Shown here piece after piece: positions 12,049 to 25,933 of a stretch of DNA of 64,000 bases. Position 1 is the stretch's first letter, and every line of letters begins with the position of its first letter. The stretch comes from Cenococcum geophilum (taxonomy: Eukaryota): contig CP158636.1 of the NCBI GenBank assembly GCA_050273025.1, positions 248,001 through 312,000 of the forward strand, read 5' to 3'. The translations under genes and the position numbers were made by a program. Under the pieces are notes generated by a model, which had not been told where the DNA came from, ran no database searches, and saw nothing but the letters and a program-made list of their open reading frames with translations.

Positions 12049-15000
12049 TATAAGGTAAGAATGTGGATAGGAAGTCTAATAATAGAATAATAGGTATATT
12101 GTATAGACAGAGACAAATCCTTAAGGGAGAAAGGAGGAGTTTATGTATAAGGTAGGAAGAGTTTTCCCTAGGTATATATAGAGCACGTGCCTTACGGGCA
12201 AGTTACCCCTAGGTTACCCTAGGGTCGCCTATACCTTACGGCTATATAACTATTTACTTAGGTTTTACCTAATAATACCCCCCCCTTTAAAAAGGGTTGT
12301 CCCTAATCCTTTATATACTTAAGCCTTAATAAAACCCTATAAAAAACCTTAGTAAGGAAAAAATTTAGAGGGAAAAGAGCGTCTTAATTTTGCGTATAGA
12401 AAGACGGGTAGTATATATACGCGGCGCGAAGATGTTAAAGAACATTAACCGGCGGTTAAAGTTATTTAATTAGTTAGATTTGCCTTACTAAGGCTCCCCC
12501 GCATTTAATTAAGCTAGTAGCGATTTTATATACTAAGTATAGAAAATCCTAATTAGTCTATTAAATAGGTAGAGCTAGTAGAGCTTAATACTATTACTTA
12601 AATTTAGTAGACCAGAAATATTCTAAAGCTTACTTATATAGGTAGGTCGCTAGTACCTTATAGGTAGGTTATAGGTTATTTATATACAGCCAAATTAGGA
12701 CGGTAAGGCTATATACCTATTAGACCCGCCACTAATCTATACTTTAGCCTTATACGTTATCTATATAGCGTATACGTAAAATAGTATATAAGTTATTAAT
12801 ATAGGTTACTCCTAGTAGGTTACTAGCAGGTTATAAACCCTAGTTAAATAGACCCCAGTTATAGATAGGCCTATTCTTTAATATATAAACAATTTACTTA
12901 GCTAGTATAGAGTAATAGACTAGGTCTAGGGAGGGTGCTTTTTAAATTAAGCTTCGTTGCTAGCATATGCCGTAGCCTCGCCTATAAGTTACCTGCGAGT
13001 TACTAGTATTACTAAGTTGCGTTAGAGTGTGGCTTATATAGGATATTAATAAATTAAAACTTTACCCTATATATACGCCGCAGTTCTTACAGCAATTATT
13101 ACTTATTCTTTAATCCCTTAGGACGTCCTTTACTTTGCTTTAATATAGGTTATATTTTAATAGTAGCGCTTACTTTTCGCCTACGCTTTAGCTATAAGGC
13201 TAGGGTATCCTACTTATAGTACTTATCTAGCAGTTATTAACAATTCTTAAGTTCTATCTCGTATTTCTATTTATTATACTTATTTAGCCATCCTAGCTAT
13301 TTAATAAGGTACTATGGTTATCTAGCACGGTCCTAGTAGGCGATAATTACTTTTACTTCCTAGCTGCCTTCCTTAAGCTCTTTTACTGCTAGGGGTTAAA
13401 ACCTAGGGCGTAACTTATAAGGCTCTAGTAGGGAGATATAGAAGACTAGGTAAAGCCGTACTATAATAAGTAGAAGCTCTAGCTTATATACTTACTACCC
13501 TACGCGCTTTAGGATTTAAAACAGTTCTATAAACTTATAATTAAGCTTTTTATAGGGACGTTTTATATAGATATTCTTAGATAAGAGCAGGACTTGTTTA
13601 CCAACGGCGAAGTGCTTAGCTAGGTAGTGACGATTGTAATATTTTACCTAAAGCTTTTAGGCGTGTATTATTATCGCCGCCGCTACCTTATATATAAGGC
13701 GTAGGCGTTATAAATACGTCTCTATAAGTTAGATATTCGTTAACTTAGACCACTTCCTACCTTACTAGGCGTCTTAAACGCTATTTAGGACTCCGTCCGG
13801 GACGTTTAGTAGCTAGCTATAGGCAAGCTTAATAAGGAAACGCTTTATTATAGTATAGACCCTAGAGTTATAGGTAAAGGCTACTTCTTTAAGTAGGGAG
13901 GCCTAGTTAGACTATTTCTAGTTTGTAAATATATATAGGTATACCTTAAGCTCCTAGTTCTAACGCTTTATCTAACTATCTATCTATAGGTAGAATGTAG
14001 TACTAAGTTTATATTAAACACGGAGATAGTAGTATATAGTGCTTTAGTACTCGCTTGTAAATATACTACCCTTATTAAAGATAATATTATTTAGAGGCCC
14101 TATTTATATAAAGACTCTAAATAAGAGTTCTACGAGTTGCGTAGCATTAATTATCTTACGCACTAGATAATAGCGTACTAGCTTTATAAAATGGTCTATA
14201 AGGATAAGAACGGAGTTATACTCTATACTATTAAGAGTCTTAGACTCTAAGAGATCCGTAATAAAGTTAAGTAAATAATACTATTAGGCTTAGGTAGGGA
14301 CCTAAAGAGGCTATAGCTTACTATAGGGTTTATAACAGCACAATTTAGAGCGTTAATAGGCATTATAATTATCTAGGTATTTACGGAGGTTCTAGGTAAG
14401 GCCGTTCTAAGTATACTTTCGCGCGATTACCTTAAAGGTATAGTTAAAACCATAGTGGCCGCCTATAGGATCGTTATAATTCCGCTTAAGGATCTCCTAT
14501 TATAATAGTATATAATTTAGCACCTAGACCTTATTATTTTACCTTAAAAGTCCTTAATTATTAAGGGTATAGTCCTTATTACTGGCAGGAACTCGTTTCT
14601 AGGTTAACTAATTATATATAAAGTGTGTAAAGGCATCTCTTTTTTATACTCTATAAATAAAATTAACTAATAACTTAAGGGGGTGTTCTATAAACGCCGT
14701 TTCGGCTAAAGCAGCTACTACTACCTCTTACCGTAGTACGAGACTCTACGTAAAGTTAGTACTAGCGAAGTAATATATAATATATAGGTAACTTACTAGG
14801 TCGTTATAGGGGACTATAGCCTAAGCTAAGGGGTCTTCCCTAGGGTTAAGCGCTATTAGGCTAGTTAAAGTAATCTTAAAGAGAATAGTAGGACGCTCTA
14901 GTCTGCTAGCGCTAAGTTTATAAAAGTTACTTATATACTATATATATACTACTTACTAGTATAGTATAGTAGCATTAGGGCCGCCTATAAGGCCTATAAC

Positions 15001-18000
15001 CCGTAACTTTTGCTATAATATAGGCAGTATAGCATTATTGAGTGTCCTCTTACTACTATCTTTAAAGCCTTTAGCATAATCCGGGCGCTAGGATAGTATA
15101 TTAGCGGGATTTACTTTACCTAGCTTATAATTAATCTTAAAATTAAACTTAGCTAGTTTTTTTTTGCGTACTAGGCCTAGTAAGTAGATAAGCTTTTAGT
15201 GGTTATAAAGTACCTAAAATTATTATAATCGTAGAGCACGCGTGTTACATACGCGGCGTATTTAAGGTAATAGCGCCACGTCTTAAAGTATTACACTATA
15301 GCGAGCAGTTCTTTATTATGCGTATTATACTATACTTTTAGGCTAGTAAGCTTCTAACTATAATAAGTAATTTGGTGCTAGTAGAGTTAGTTTCCCTATC
15401 TTAAAGGCTATAAAAGTATACCGCTATAGGTATAATTAGAAGCGTTAGTAATCACTATTAAGGGTAAATTTAGGTTAAAGTAATGAAGTAGCGAAGCCTA
15501 TATAAACGCAGCGCGTAGCTTATAAAACGTCTACTAAGTGTCGTTAGGCTAGGACTAAGGTTAGTACCATTTAATAGCCCCTTTTAACTTACGCTTTTTC
15601 TTTTTCTCCCTATTTAACGTTAGGTTGTAATATACCTATATAAGATATATATATAGGGGGTATATAGTATCTAAATAGTTCTAGATAAATCGCCTATAGA
15701 AGTTAGCAAAGCTAAGGAAGACCTATATATCCCTATAGAACTTAGGCTTAGGCCATTCCTTAATAGCTTTTACACGGTTAGGGTTTATTACAATACCCTT
15801 AGGGGTAATAATAAAGCCTAGGAACTTAACGTTCTTAGTATAAAAGATATATTTTAATAGTTTAGCGTATAGGCCCTAAGTACGGAGCTATCGCAATACC
15901 TACTTAATATACTTAACGTACTTACCCTTATCATTTAAGTAAATAAGAATATTATCTAGGTAAACTATATAGATAGTATCTACTAGGGTTCCTAAAGCTT
16001 TATAAATATAGCTCTAAAAAGTTATAGGGGTATTAGTAAGACTAAAGGGCATTACTAAGTACTTAAAGTAACCGTAATATATCTTAAATATAGTCTTCTA
16101 TTTATCTCCCTTTTTAATATAAATCCTATAGTACGTATTATAAAAATCTAGCTTTATAAATATCTTTATATAGCTAAGCCTATTAAAGAGTTTGCCGACC
16201 AGTAGTAGGGGGTTCCAATTTTTAATTATAATCTTATTTAGGCGTTTATAGTTAATATATAGCCGTATTATATTGTCTACTTTCGGCATAAAGAGGATAG
16301 GCGCTCTAGTAGGCGACTTACTAAGCCTAATCCAGCCCTTTTTAAGAGCACTATTTAGGTACTCTTATAAGATCTATAACTCTTTCTATAAGAGGTTATA
16401 GAGGGGCATTTATAGTAGCGTTTTACCTTCTTCTAAGTTAATTATATAGTTGTACTTAGAGTTCTGCAGTAGTATACTCGCTAGCTTATTAAAGAAGATA
16501 TTAATTTCCTCCTTATATATATCTAGTACGCTAGGGGCTACGGAAGTTAAAGCGATTATTATATAGTAGTATACTTCTAGAAGCCAGTAAAGAGAAAGGT
16601 ACAGCTAATATACGTTTTATAGGTATGCTCGCACTAAGAGTATATATAGCTCTCCTATAGTATACTTAATAGTTTCAGAGTTTTAATTACCTCCCCCTTA
16701 TGTATAGGTAATCTACGCTAGCACTAGAGGGTCTTTATAGGTACTCGCTGCCAGTAATAGTAGGTCCGTTACTATATTTATAACCAGTATCTCTATATCT
16801 AGAGGGTCTATATAGGTACTCGCTGCTAGTAATAATAGGTCCTCTATTATATTTATAACTAGCGTAAAGAAGAAGTCTTCTAGCTATAGCAAATAGACTA
16901 TTTTACCAGCCTTAATATCTACTAAAAGAGCGTTAAGAGTAACTATTTAGAGGCGTTTAGGGTCTAAAGTACCCTAGATAAACTATTTAGAATAAAAGCT
17001 AATTAATAAATCTGCTTCCGTGAGCTAATCCTATCTAAAAACTATATTATAACTATTAAATAAGCCGCCCTAAAAGATCTGCGGGCTAATAGTGTGAGGG
17101 GTACCCTAGAAGTTGCTAGTAGTAACTATTAGATTATAAGTATCCTAGATTGTTATCTAGTTACTATTAAGGAAATGTATAATAAGTTTACGTAAATATA
17201 GCGCGTAGTGTATAGGTAAGTTAAACCTATAAATAATCTCTTAATTAATAAGGTTAATTTAGCACCTATTATTATATAAAGTATATAGGCGGACTTCGCC
17301 CTAGGGCGTATCCATTATAATATATACTATAATATATTTCTTCTCTCCCTCTATATTAGGCCCTAGTTGCAGTTAAAAGAGATACGCTACTAGGGCTTTA
17401 GGTTTTCTAAAGGCCGAGCTAACTTCTTTTTATTAGCCTACTTCTAATATTCCTTATAGTGGCCGCCTACGGTCCTTTAACTTATATGCGTAGCACTAGC
17501 GTTTAAGGGGTCCCCTAAGCTATCTAGCTTTTAGGTAGTCTCCCTAGGAGTTTACTTAAAAAAGTGTTACTTTTTTTAGGTTCTATTCCCTAAGCCTAAC
17601 TCTACGAAGCCTATACTGCGACTACGCTTTATATACAATAATTTACCGCTACTACTTACGCGATCTTCCGCGAGCTTTATAGTATTAAGTAATTACTCTA
17701 TACAGCGGATTTTATTAAAGAGGTCTTTAGCGGTTTTTACCTATTAGGTAAAGTTCTAGCGGAAGAGCTCTGCTTATAGGTAGGCTAGAAGATATAAAAA
17801 CTAAAAGTCTACCTATTATTTAGGATTAATAAAAGGGGTATATAAGAAGAGGTCCTCTAAGCTACGTATATAGGCTAGGAAGACGTTAAACCTCTAGTTC
17901 TCCTTTATAATAGCCGTATAGTATATTATAGCGTTATTAAAGTATTTTACTATAGGGTTCCTAATCTAGTTTTAAACTATAGTCTTAAACTTATTTTATA

Positions 18001-18870
18001 GTAAAGGACCCTTATCCTTAATACCTAACCGGTAATAAACTAGTTAAGTAATTATCTTCTCTTTTATAAGACCTTTAATGGCCTAGCGCGTGCGTCACTT
18101 ATAGTTATAGTTAGCGTTATTAACCTTAAATCGGTTCTTAACTGCGGCAATCTACTAGTTAAAATGCTGTTAAATAGTACCGCTAATATTGGGTAGTAAC
18201 TTCTTAACTAGGGCGTTAAGATTTATTTAGCGTATGCGTTTACTATATAACTTATACTCTTTACTAAAAAGGTAATAGGAGGGCTTTATTAAATTAATAA
18301 TACTCTATAAGTTAGCTATTTTCTTAGCTAGCTTATCTAGCTCCTTTATATTAGTGGTATTAGGTAAGATATTAATAACCTTACTAAGTTCCTATTAAGC
18401 CTAGGTATATAAGTTAAACTAGTTTTTAGCATTTATAAATATCTAATTATTTTAAGGTTTAGAAGGTAGCTTAAATGCTACTAGTATGCTTCTAGCGGTT
18501 TCGTCTATACTAGATCCTAAAGCGTTCTATAGTTATATTACTAGCGTATTACCGTTAGGTATAGGCGTCGGTTTTCTTTTTAGAGGCATTATAGAAAAAT
18601 TAAACCGGCTATCCTCCTAAGGGGATTAGAAAGTATTTAAATATAAGGTAAGAATATAGATAGGGAGTCTAATAATAGAACAATAGGTATATTGTATAGA
18701 CAGAGATAAATTCTTAAGGGAAAAAGGAGGAGTTTATATATAAGGTAGGAAGGGTTTTCCCTAGGTATATATAGAGTATATACCTTACAGGCGAGTTACC
18801 CTTAGGTTGCCCTAGAGTCGCCTATACCTTATAGCTATATAACTATTTACTTAGGTTTTACCTAATAATA
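12049..18870 (-). mobile_element. Gypsy-1: Ty3/Gypsy chromovirus, full length, RIP-inactivated
   Basis: 229-bp LTRs at 12049-12277 and 18642-18870; polypurine tract beside the left LTR. gag ATG at ~18589; RT VYLD(D)ILIY ~15955; RNase H ~15440; integrase ~14300-13900; chromodomain WEV..I....YLIKW.GW.....W ~13360-13245. TSD not resolved. Confidence 0.93.
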
Positions 18871-19395
18871 TACTAATACGGTCTATATTATATCCTTAAA
18901 AATATTAACTAATTTTAGAACCCTCTTTAGTATTATATAATCTTCTTAAAGAAATAGAGTAGCTTTACAGAAAGACTAAAGGAAATTATAAATCGTACGA
19001 AGATATATCCATTTACTTATTAAGAGGATATTATCTTTTAAGTTATCTTTATAGTACTCTATGTAGAGTTAAAGCCTAGCCTTTACCTTATTCTCTAGAG
19101 CTATATATAGTATAAAAAACTAGCTATTCTATCTTATATAGTTATTAAAAGGAACTATTTTACTAGTATATTTAATAAACTATATTATATAGTTAGCTAA
19201 GCTGTAAATATAAACGATATAGTTATAAAGCTTTCCTATTAGGCCTATAATATTTTAAATATTTTTACCTCTTTTACGCCTTTCGTCTAATACTAGCTCT
19301 AATTCATTATCCTTCTTTTTCTTTTTTTTTTAACTAGTGGTAGTACTTATTATATAACTTCTTCTTCTTTCTCCTTTTTTTCTTCATTCTATTTC
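18871..19395 (-). pseudogene. hAT transposase, middle part
   Basis: NNYIR*NS*FFIL, i.e. DNxTRWNSWF.ML motif, at ~19145-19110. Confidence 0.8.
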
Positions 19396-22300
19396 TGTTG
19401 GGAATAAAGGCAAATAGTCACCATATAAGGTATATTGCCGTCACGTATAGCAAGTTGCCGTTATGTACGGCAAGTTGCCATCACGTGCCGCCGCGGCACT
19501 AGCGTAGTGAGGAACCTTAAGTTCCTCACCCCTTTCTTTAAGAAGAAAAGAAAACAATTATTATACTATCTACAAACCGTAGCTACGTAATATCCCCCTT
19601 ATATAACCAACACTAATTAGTGGTTAACTTTATAGTTATGCTATAGAATAGCTAGGTATTTACTAAGAAGAGACAAGCCACTATACTAGTGCTACTTATG
19701 CTAAGGGAAGCTGTCTTTTAAGGTTAAAACTAGTCCTAAACCTTAAATAGAACTCTTTTACGAATTTAAGGATCTAAAGGCCAGAACTGGTCCTAAGCCT
19801 TCCCTAGATTACAGATTCTTACGTCTATTACGTAAAATAACACGTATTATAAGTCTTCGCGATTTAAGGCTAGAACTAGTCCTAAGCCCTATAATTATAA
19901 ATATACGTCACAAACGCGTACTAAACGACAATCCCTATACTACTAATATTCCCTTCCTCCGAAGATATAACTATGGCCACTCTAAACAACTAGAGAGACT
20001 CCTTACTACTAGGGGTAGCTATATACGCGAAACTTATTGATAAAGATTAGGACGCATTTACCTTTAATATAACAACCTATACCGCAAAATAAGTTAACGG
20101 CTTTCTCTTATACCATATTCTATTCTACTAAGATAGCCACTACGCCGATTTACAGTTATGGGAATACTTTAGGGAGGATTTTATAGGATAAACCGCCGAC
20201 ACCTAGGCACTTAGCAATATTAATATTATTTAGGATTTTTAAGACTCCCTTTAAAGGAATAGGGTGTATATTACTAAGGACGGTAACCCAATTACTAGTA
20301 ATATTTACGCCGTTCTTATTAGTATAGAAGAACCAGTATAGACAGAAGCTAAGATTATACGTTAACTATAGAAACCTAAAACTAACCTATATTCTTTAGA
20401 AGGCAACTTTAATTTGGAATAAAACCCCTAAAACGCTACTCTTTTACCTAAAGGTGCTCTCCTACCTAGAGGTGCTTTTCCTCTACCTTTACTACCTCTA
20501 ACTCCTCTATCCCAGCTAACTAATAAGCCTCTATTTTAAGAAGTTACGAATTTAATAAAGGTATATTTAGACGAAGAGAAGAAGTTTAGAGGAGAATTAT
20601 ATAATATACTTGGAGCAAAACTATAGGTCTTTTATAACTACTGCAATAAGGTTAGAATTTAACGCCACTAGTTCTATTATGCTTTCTCTATTATATTAAA
20701 GGGATAGGCGGCGATATTCTATTACAACTATATCGTAGGTAAAAACTATAGCTTTAATATAATGCTTTAGCTTACTAGAGCCCACTTTAAAACCAATGAG
20801 AACCGCTAACTCTATATATCTAAATGGCGGGAGACTATATTTTAAAGAGTTATCGCTTCTAACCTAACAACGACTCGCCTAAAGTACCTTTAACTACTCT
20901 TTAATAAACTCTAGAAAATCTAACGTAGATTTACTAAAACTTACTAAAATAAGAATAGCCTAAGGGACTAGGTTATCTTAGTATGCTATAGCGTTCCTAA
21001 GTGTAACTTAGCGCTATATAAACCTATGGACACGTTTAAAGGAGTATATACTAAGCTACGCTTCGCTATAGGTACTACAATGTAAACATAAGAATCTCAA
21101 TAGCTCTATATTAAAAGCCTTACCTAACTAAGCATTTCTGACTAATACGATTATAACTAAACTAATTAAATATATGGCGGCCGTAGTAGGGAATACGGCA
21201 AAGGGTATAATTAATGTTAACTATAAGGTAATTATAGAGGTCCTTATAGAGGTTTATTTCGAAGTAATCGCTAAAAGAAGTGCTACGTTTATAAGAAGCT
21301 AAATTGCTAGTTAACTAGACACTCCCTTAATAAGCGAAAAGAGGCATATAATAAGTTCTGTTAGAGTATAAGAAATATTAGAAATTGTAAGGTTACTATA
21401 GCCTACTTTTAAAGCTTTTTAGTTTAATACGAAGGCGTAAAAGACCTTAAGGGTAAGGTTAATAAGACTAAACAGCTCCTTATAGATATAGAAATTAAGG
21501 ACTACTTACCTAACTAATACTTTACTAAGTATAGTAAGGTAAATGGCACACAAACCGTTGCTATTCTTAATAACTAATCTACACTCTATTTTATTACGAA
21601 GTTAGATATCTTTAATAAGCTAAAGGAGAGCTCCGCGTTTTCCTTTAATAACAGATACTCGGCAAATATCTTCTATAGTATTATACCGGATACTAGAGCT
21701 ATAGGAGTATCTATAGTAGGAAAACCTTAAGTTTAAGCCCTTTAGCAGCTTAATAGCTCTGTTTAGATTAACTATTTAACGGCAGGCTAATACACGATTT
21801 ATTTTAGCAAAGGTACTATAATCTTTCTTGGCATAATTAGGGTTTAAACCCCCTTAGGGTATATTACTTTTCATATTATTCCTACAAACACCCTATTTCT
21901 ATTTTGTATTAGAGATATAGATAAACTAGGCATTAAGCTTAATAACCTTAAGAATATACTCGTGTAGGGAGATAATTGGGTGCCTATTATACGTAAGTAG
22001 GGTTACCCTTAGCTGCTCCTTTAATAACCAGAAAAGAGTATTACTTAAAGCCATTTAACTAAGTTAGAGTTACGCCAACTATACCGTCGTTTTAGTTACC
22101 TATTAGTTTACTAATTGCTTAGGGTTCTTTAGTAAGTAGGCTATAAAGTTAAAGTTAAAGCAATTAAGTATCTTATAAAATACTACTACTACTACTAAAT
22201 AAACTAGAGGTCCCCTAGCCGATTTAAGTTTACCCTTAAAGATAACTATGACTTCAACTTCTATATTATTATTAATGTTATATACCTTAGCGGCAAGCTA

Positions 22301-25300
22301 GTACTCTAAGTTATTAATTTTTTAACCTCCTTCTAAGCCGTATAATTCTTAAAGGATATATTAGCTAGGAACGCATAGGATATCCTTTAGTTATACTAGA
22401 TTAATGTCTACCTAAGACCCCCTAATTAAATCGTCTATAATATAAGAAAGAACTTCTTATCTATAGAGTTCCGATAACAAATAAAGGCAATAGCAATTAA
22501 GGTTAAGGAAGTCCCTATTAAGGCATATAATAGTATTAAAAAAGTAGAGCAATATTATGCGCTATTACGCCGCGTATATAAGATTATCTCTTTAGAACTA
22601 AAGGATGCTAGTAAAGAACTTACCTTATAAATAGCTATTAAAGCTATTAATAATTCCGCTGGCCCGGATGGACTCGTACCTACATTACTAGTCTTTAGCG
22701 CCTACCCTTAAATAACTAACAATTTTTTACTATCTCCCTCTATTGTGTAATAAGCTAAGGCTATTTACAAAGCAACGAAGGAGGTATAATGTCTATACGC
22801 TACGCGCTAGGTTAATAACGTACTAGAAATAAAAAATAGCCTAAATACCTTAACTACGCTTAATCTACCACTCTAATCTAAAGTACGGGTATGGCGTAAA
22901 AAGGGAGGATAGTTAGGCCCATATAAACTTATTGCAATTAATAGTTAAACTTATACTCTTTAGATGCCCTATAGACCTACTTAATTCTATTTAACCATTA
23001 TTAGGCCCTACTATAAAGATAATAGTTCCAAGCCTTTACAGAATGCCCTAGAAGATGCCCTAAAAAATGCCCTAAAGGAAAACCACGATTAACGTGCCCT
23101 AAAAGGCGACTGTAATCCTAATATAATTATAGTAGATATGCCGCAACCACAACGCGGTAGAGGTCGCCTAAAGGGATTACAAAATTGCTAATATCTTATT
23201 AATTTTAAAGAGCAATTTGTTGCTACTATAGAGAGTAGAGTTAAGTTATTAATAGCCTTTATAACAGCTAAAGAGAAGGCTGACTTTAAGCTCGTAAAAC
23301 AGCTCTAAAAGGAAGGTCGTATTATAACCCTAGGAGCTCCTTTCTAAGCATTTAACAAGCAGGAGATTAACGGTCTTATTGTAAGAGGAGTCTTTAAATT
23401 TAAGAAATATAACCCTACTAAGTTTAATGGAGTTCGTATCTTTAAGTCAAAAATAGTCAATAAGATTAAGGGTAAAGCTACTAACGCCCTATTTAAGAAA
23501 TTAAGGCTTATTATCTAAGGTTATAATAATAATAGCAAAGAGATAATTCTTATATAATCTCCTATAATTTAACGAGCTAGTTAGTAAGTTATTATTATAT
23601 TAGCTCCCTCCTTAATAAAAAATAGAATGGTAGTTTATTTATAAGATATTACTTAAGCCTACACCCAATTAGAGACGCACCTTTAGCGCTTAATATTAGC
23701 ATACCTTCTAGAGTAAATTCGCCACTAGTATCCTAAAGACACAATTATAGTTGTGCTTAAGCTATTATATAGAATTATAGAGGCAGGAACTTACTAGTAG
23801 GCTACCTATAGTAAGCACTATAAAGAGAAGCTTTTAATAACTACTTCTATATTTAATCCCTGCTTTCTTATTATAACTATAGAAACCCTATTTGGAATCG
23901 TTGGTATATAAACTAATAATATAATTATCTTAGGAGACAACCAATTCTCAGCTCTTAAAGAGGATAAGCTAGTAAAGACAAATCTTATAGTAAAGCTAAA
24001 GGAAAAGCTTAACTTAATAACACTATTACTCTTTAATGGATGCATCCTCTCCCTAAATAAGGATTCTATTGCTTTGCGCCAGAAGGGTTAAGGTAAAAAG
24101 ATTAACGTTATTAACGTTAATTTCCCGAAGTAAGGATATATAGAGTAACGCGCTTGCGGAGCTTATATTGCTTCTATCTGTTAACCTAAGGCTTTATTTA
24201 ATTTCTCTATTGCCGCCTAATACTAGGAACTAACTAAGAATAATATTCTTGCCTTAAATAAATATCTTTTCTAGTAAATAAACCATCTTAATTAGGGACT
24301 ACTCTACGTGCCTATTAATCTTCCTACTACTAAGCTCTTTATATTTATTAATAGATCGTTCGTAAATAATAAAGATTTTAGCTCCTAGTTAGGATATAAG
24401 ATTATTATCGCGAACGAATTTACTAGAGAGAATGACTTTATAATCTATGGCAATCTTATTTATTAGAGCTTAACTAAGAGTAAGCGCGTTACCTAAAGTG
24501 TTTTAGTATTAGAGATATATAGAATAGTTAGCGGAGTTAATATAGCAATTACAATTAGAACTACCCTAAAGATAATTATAGATCGACTTAAACTTCCTAT
24601 TATCCCTATAATCGTGTGCACCGATTTATTTTCCCTTTATAAGTGTTTAGTTAAGCTTAGTACTATAAAGGAGAAGCGCCTTATAATTAATATTATGGCA
24701 CTTTAGCAATCCTACAAGCGTTAAGAACTCTTTAAGATTTAATGGATTAATAGCTAAGATAACCCGGTAGATATAATAACAAAGGTAAACCTAAATAAGG
24801 CACTAGAGACGTTTATTAATATAAATACTCTGCGTGTATAAGTTAAAGGTTAGGTTAAAAGGGAGTCCCTAGAAATTTCTTAATTATATAAGGTCTTAAG
24901 ATATCTAGGAACTTTAACCGGCGGTTAAAGTTGTCTAATTAGTCAGATTCTGCAGACCCTAACTTAAACTAGCCAATTAGGATTTTCTATCCCTAGGATG
25001 AAAAATCGCTATTAGCTCGCTTACCGCCAGCGCCTTAGCGGCCCTACTAATAAGATACCTACCCATAACTTATAAGCAAGAAAGCACTACGTGCTAAGAG
25101 GCAAATTTTAGGATAGCGAGACTTATATTACAATGGCAATAGTAAGTAAGGAGGATTAATTTTTGTTCCGCTAGTTAAGCGGTATATATATATAGATGGC
25201 AACCACAAAAGAAGAGTTACTAGTGTTAGGAATAAAGGCAAATGGTCACTATATAAGGCATATTACCGTTATATATAGCAAGTTGCCGTTACGTACGGCA

Positions 25301-25440
25301 AGTTGCTATTACGTGCCGCCGCGGCACTAGCGTGGTAAGGAACCTTAAGTTCCTCACCCCTTTCTTTAAAAAGAAAAGAAAACAATTATTATACTATCTA
25401 TAAACCGTAGCTACGTAATATCCCCCTTATATAACTAATA
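19396..25440 (+). mobile_element. Copia-1: Ty1/Copia LTR retrotransposon, full length, RIP-inactivated
   Basis: 217-bp LTRs at 19396-19612 and 25224-25440; 5-bp TSD ATTTC (19391-19395, 25441-25445). Order gag (KKCYVCKK..CWS..H), protease (DTGA), integrase (HRRFGHP..CxxC), RT (RDITQAY, QTDD), RNase H (DGSFANN). Confidence 0.95.
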
Positions 25441-25834
25441 ATTTCTTATCCTCTTTATTATATAAGTTTATAAGCTTTTTATCCTTTTTTAAAATAAATA
25501 AAAAGGCTTAAATAATAAGATTAATAACGTGCCCCTAATAGCGATTTCTTTAATATATTGAAATCTAGTTAATTTTATACTTAAGGCTAAGCTATTAGCT
25601 AATTATATAATAGAGAATATTGTTTAATCCAGTATTATCGCTAATAAGAGCTCTAATTTTTATTTTAATGCTATACCTAATAAGAACCAGACGAAGCGCC
25701 TCCTATTAATCTATACTACTTTAATTAGATACCGTTTAAAGGGTAATTAAGGGGTTCTAGTATTTATCCTAGATATTAATAAAGCTAGTATAGATTTTAA
25801 GAAAAAGGGAATAACTTAGAGAGGTCTAGGTATT
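25441..25834 (-). pseudogene. hAT transposase, catalytic part
   Basis: WTSP at ~25825, ISDN(A)GxN at ~25635, RCxGHVINL at ~25540. Confidence 0.85.
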
Positions 25835-25933
25835 AGAGGTCTGGGTTAGGCTTGGCATAACCTCAGGTTATGTACGACCCCCTAAGGTCCGCGATATATT
25901 GTCTAAATATTACCCCCCCCTTTTAGTAGTAGC

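Noticed and set aside
12044..18875. TSD for Gypsy-1
   Set aside because: The flanks (ATATA vs TACTA) do not match even allowing for RIP, so none is claimed.
25040..25100. Hammerhead ribozyme core (CTAATAAG as RIPed CTGATGAG)
   Set aside because: Not conserved in the Copia-3 homologue, and no supporting stems were found.
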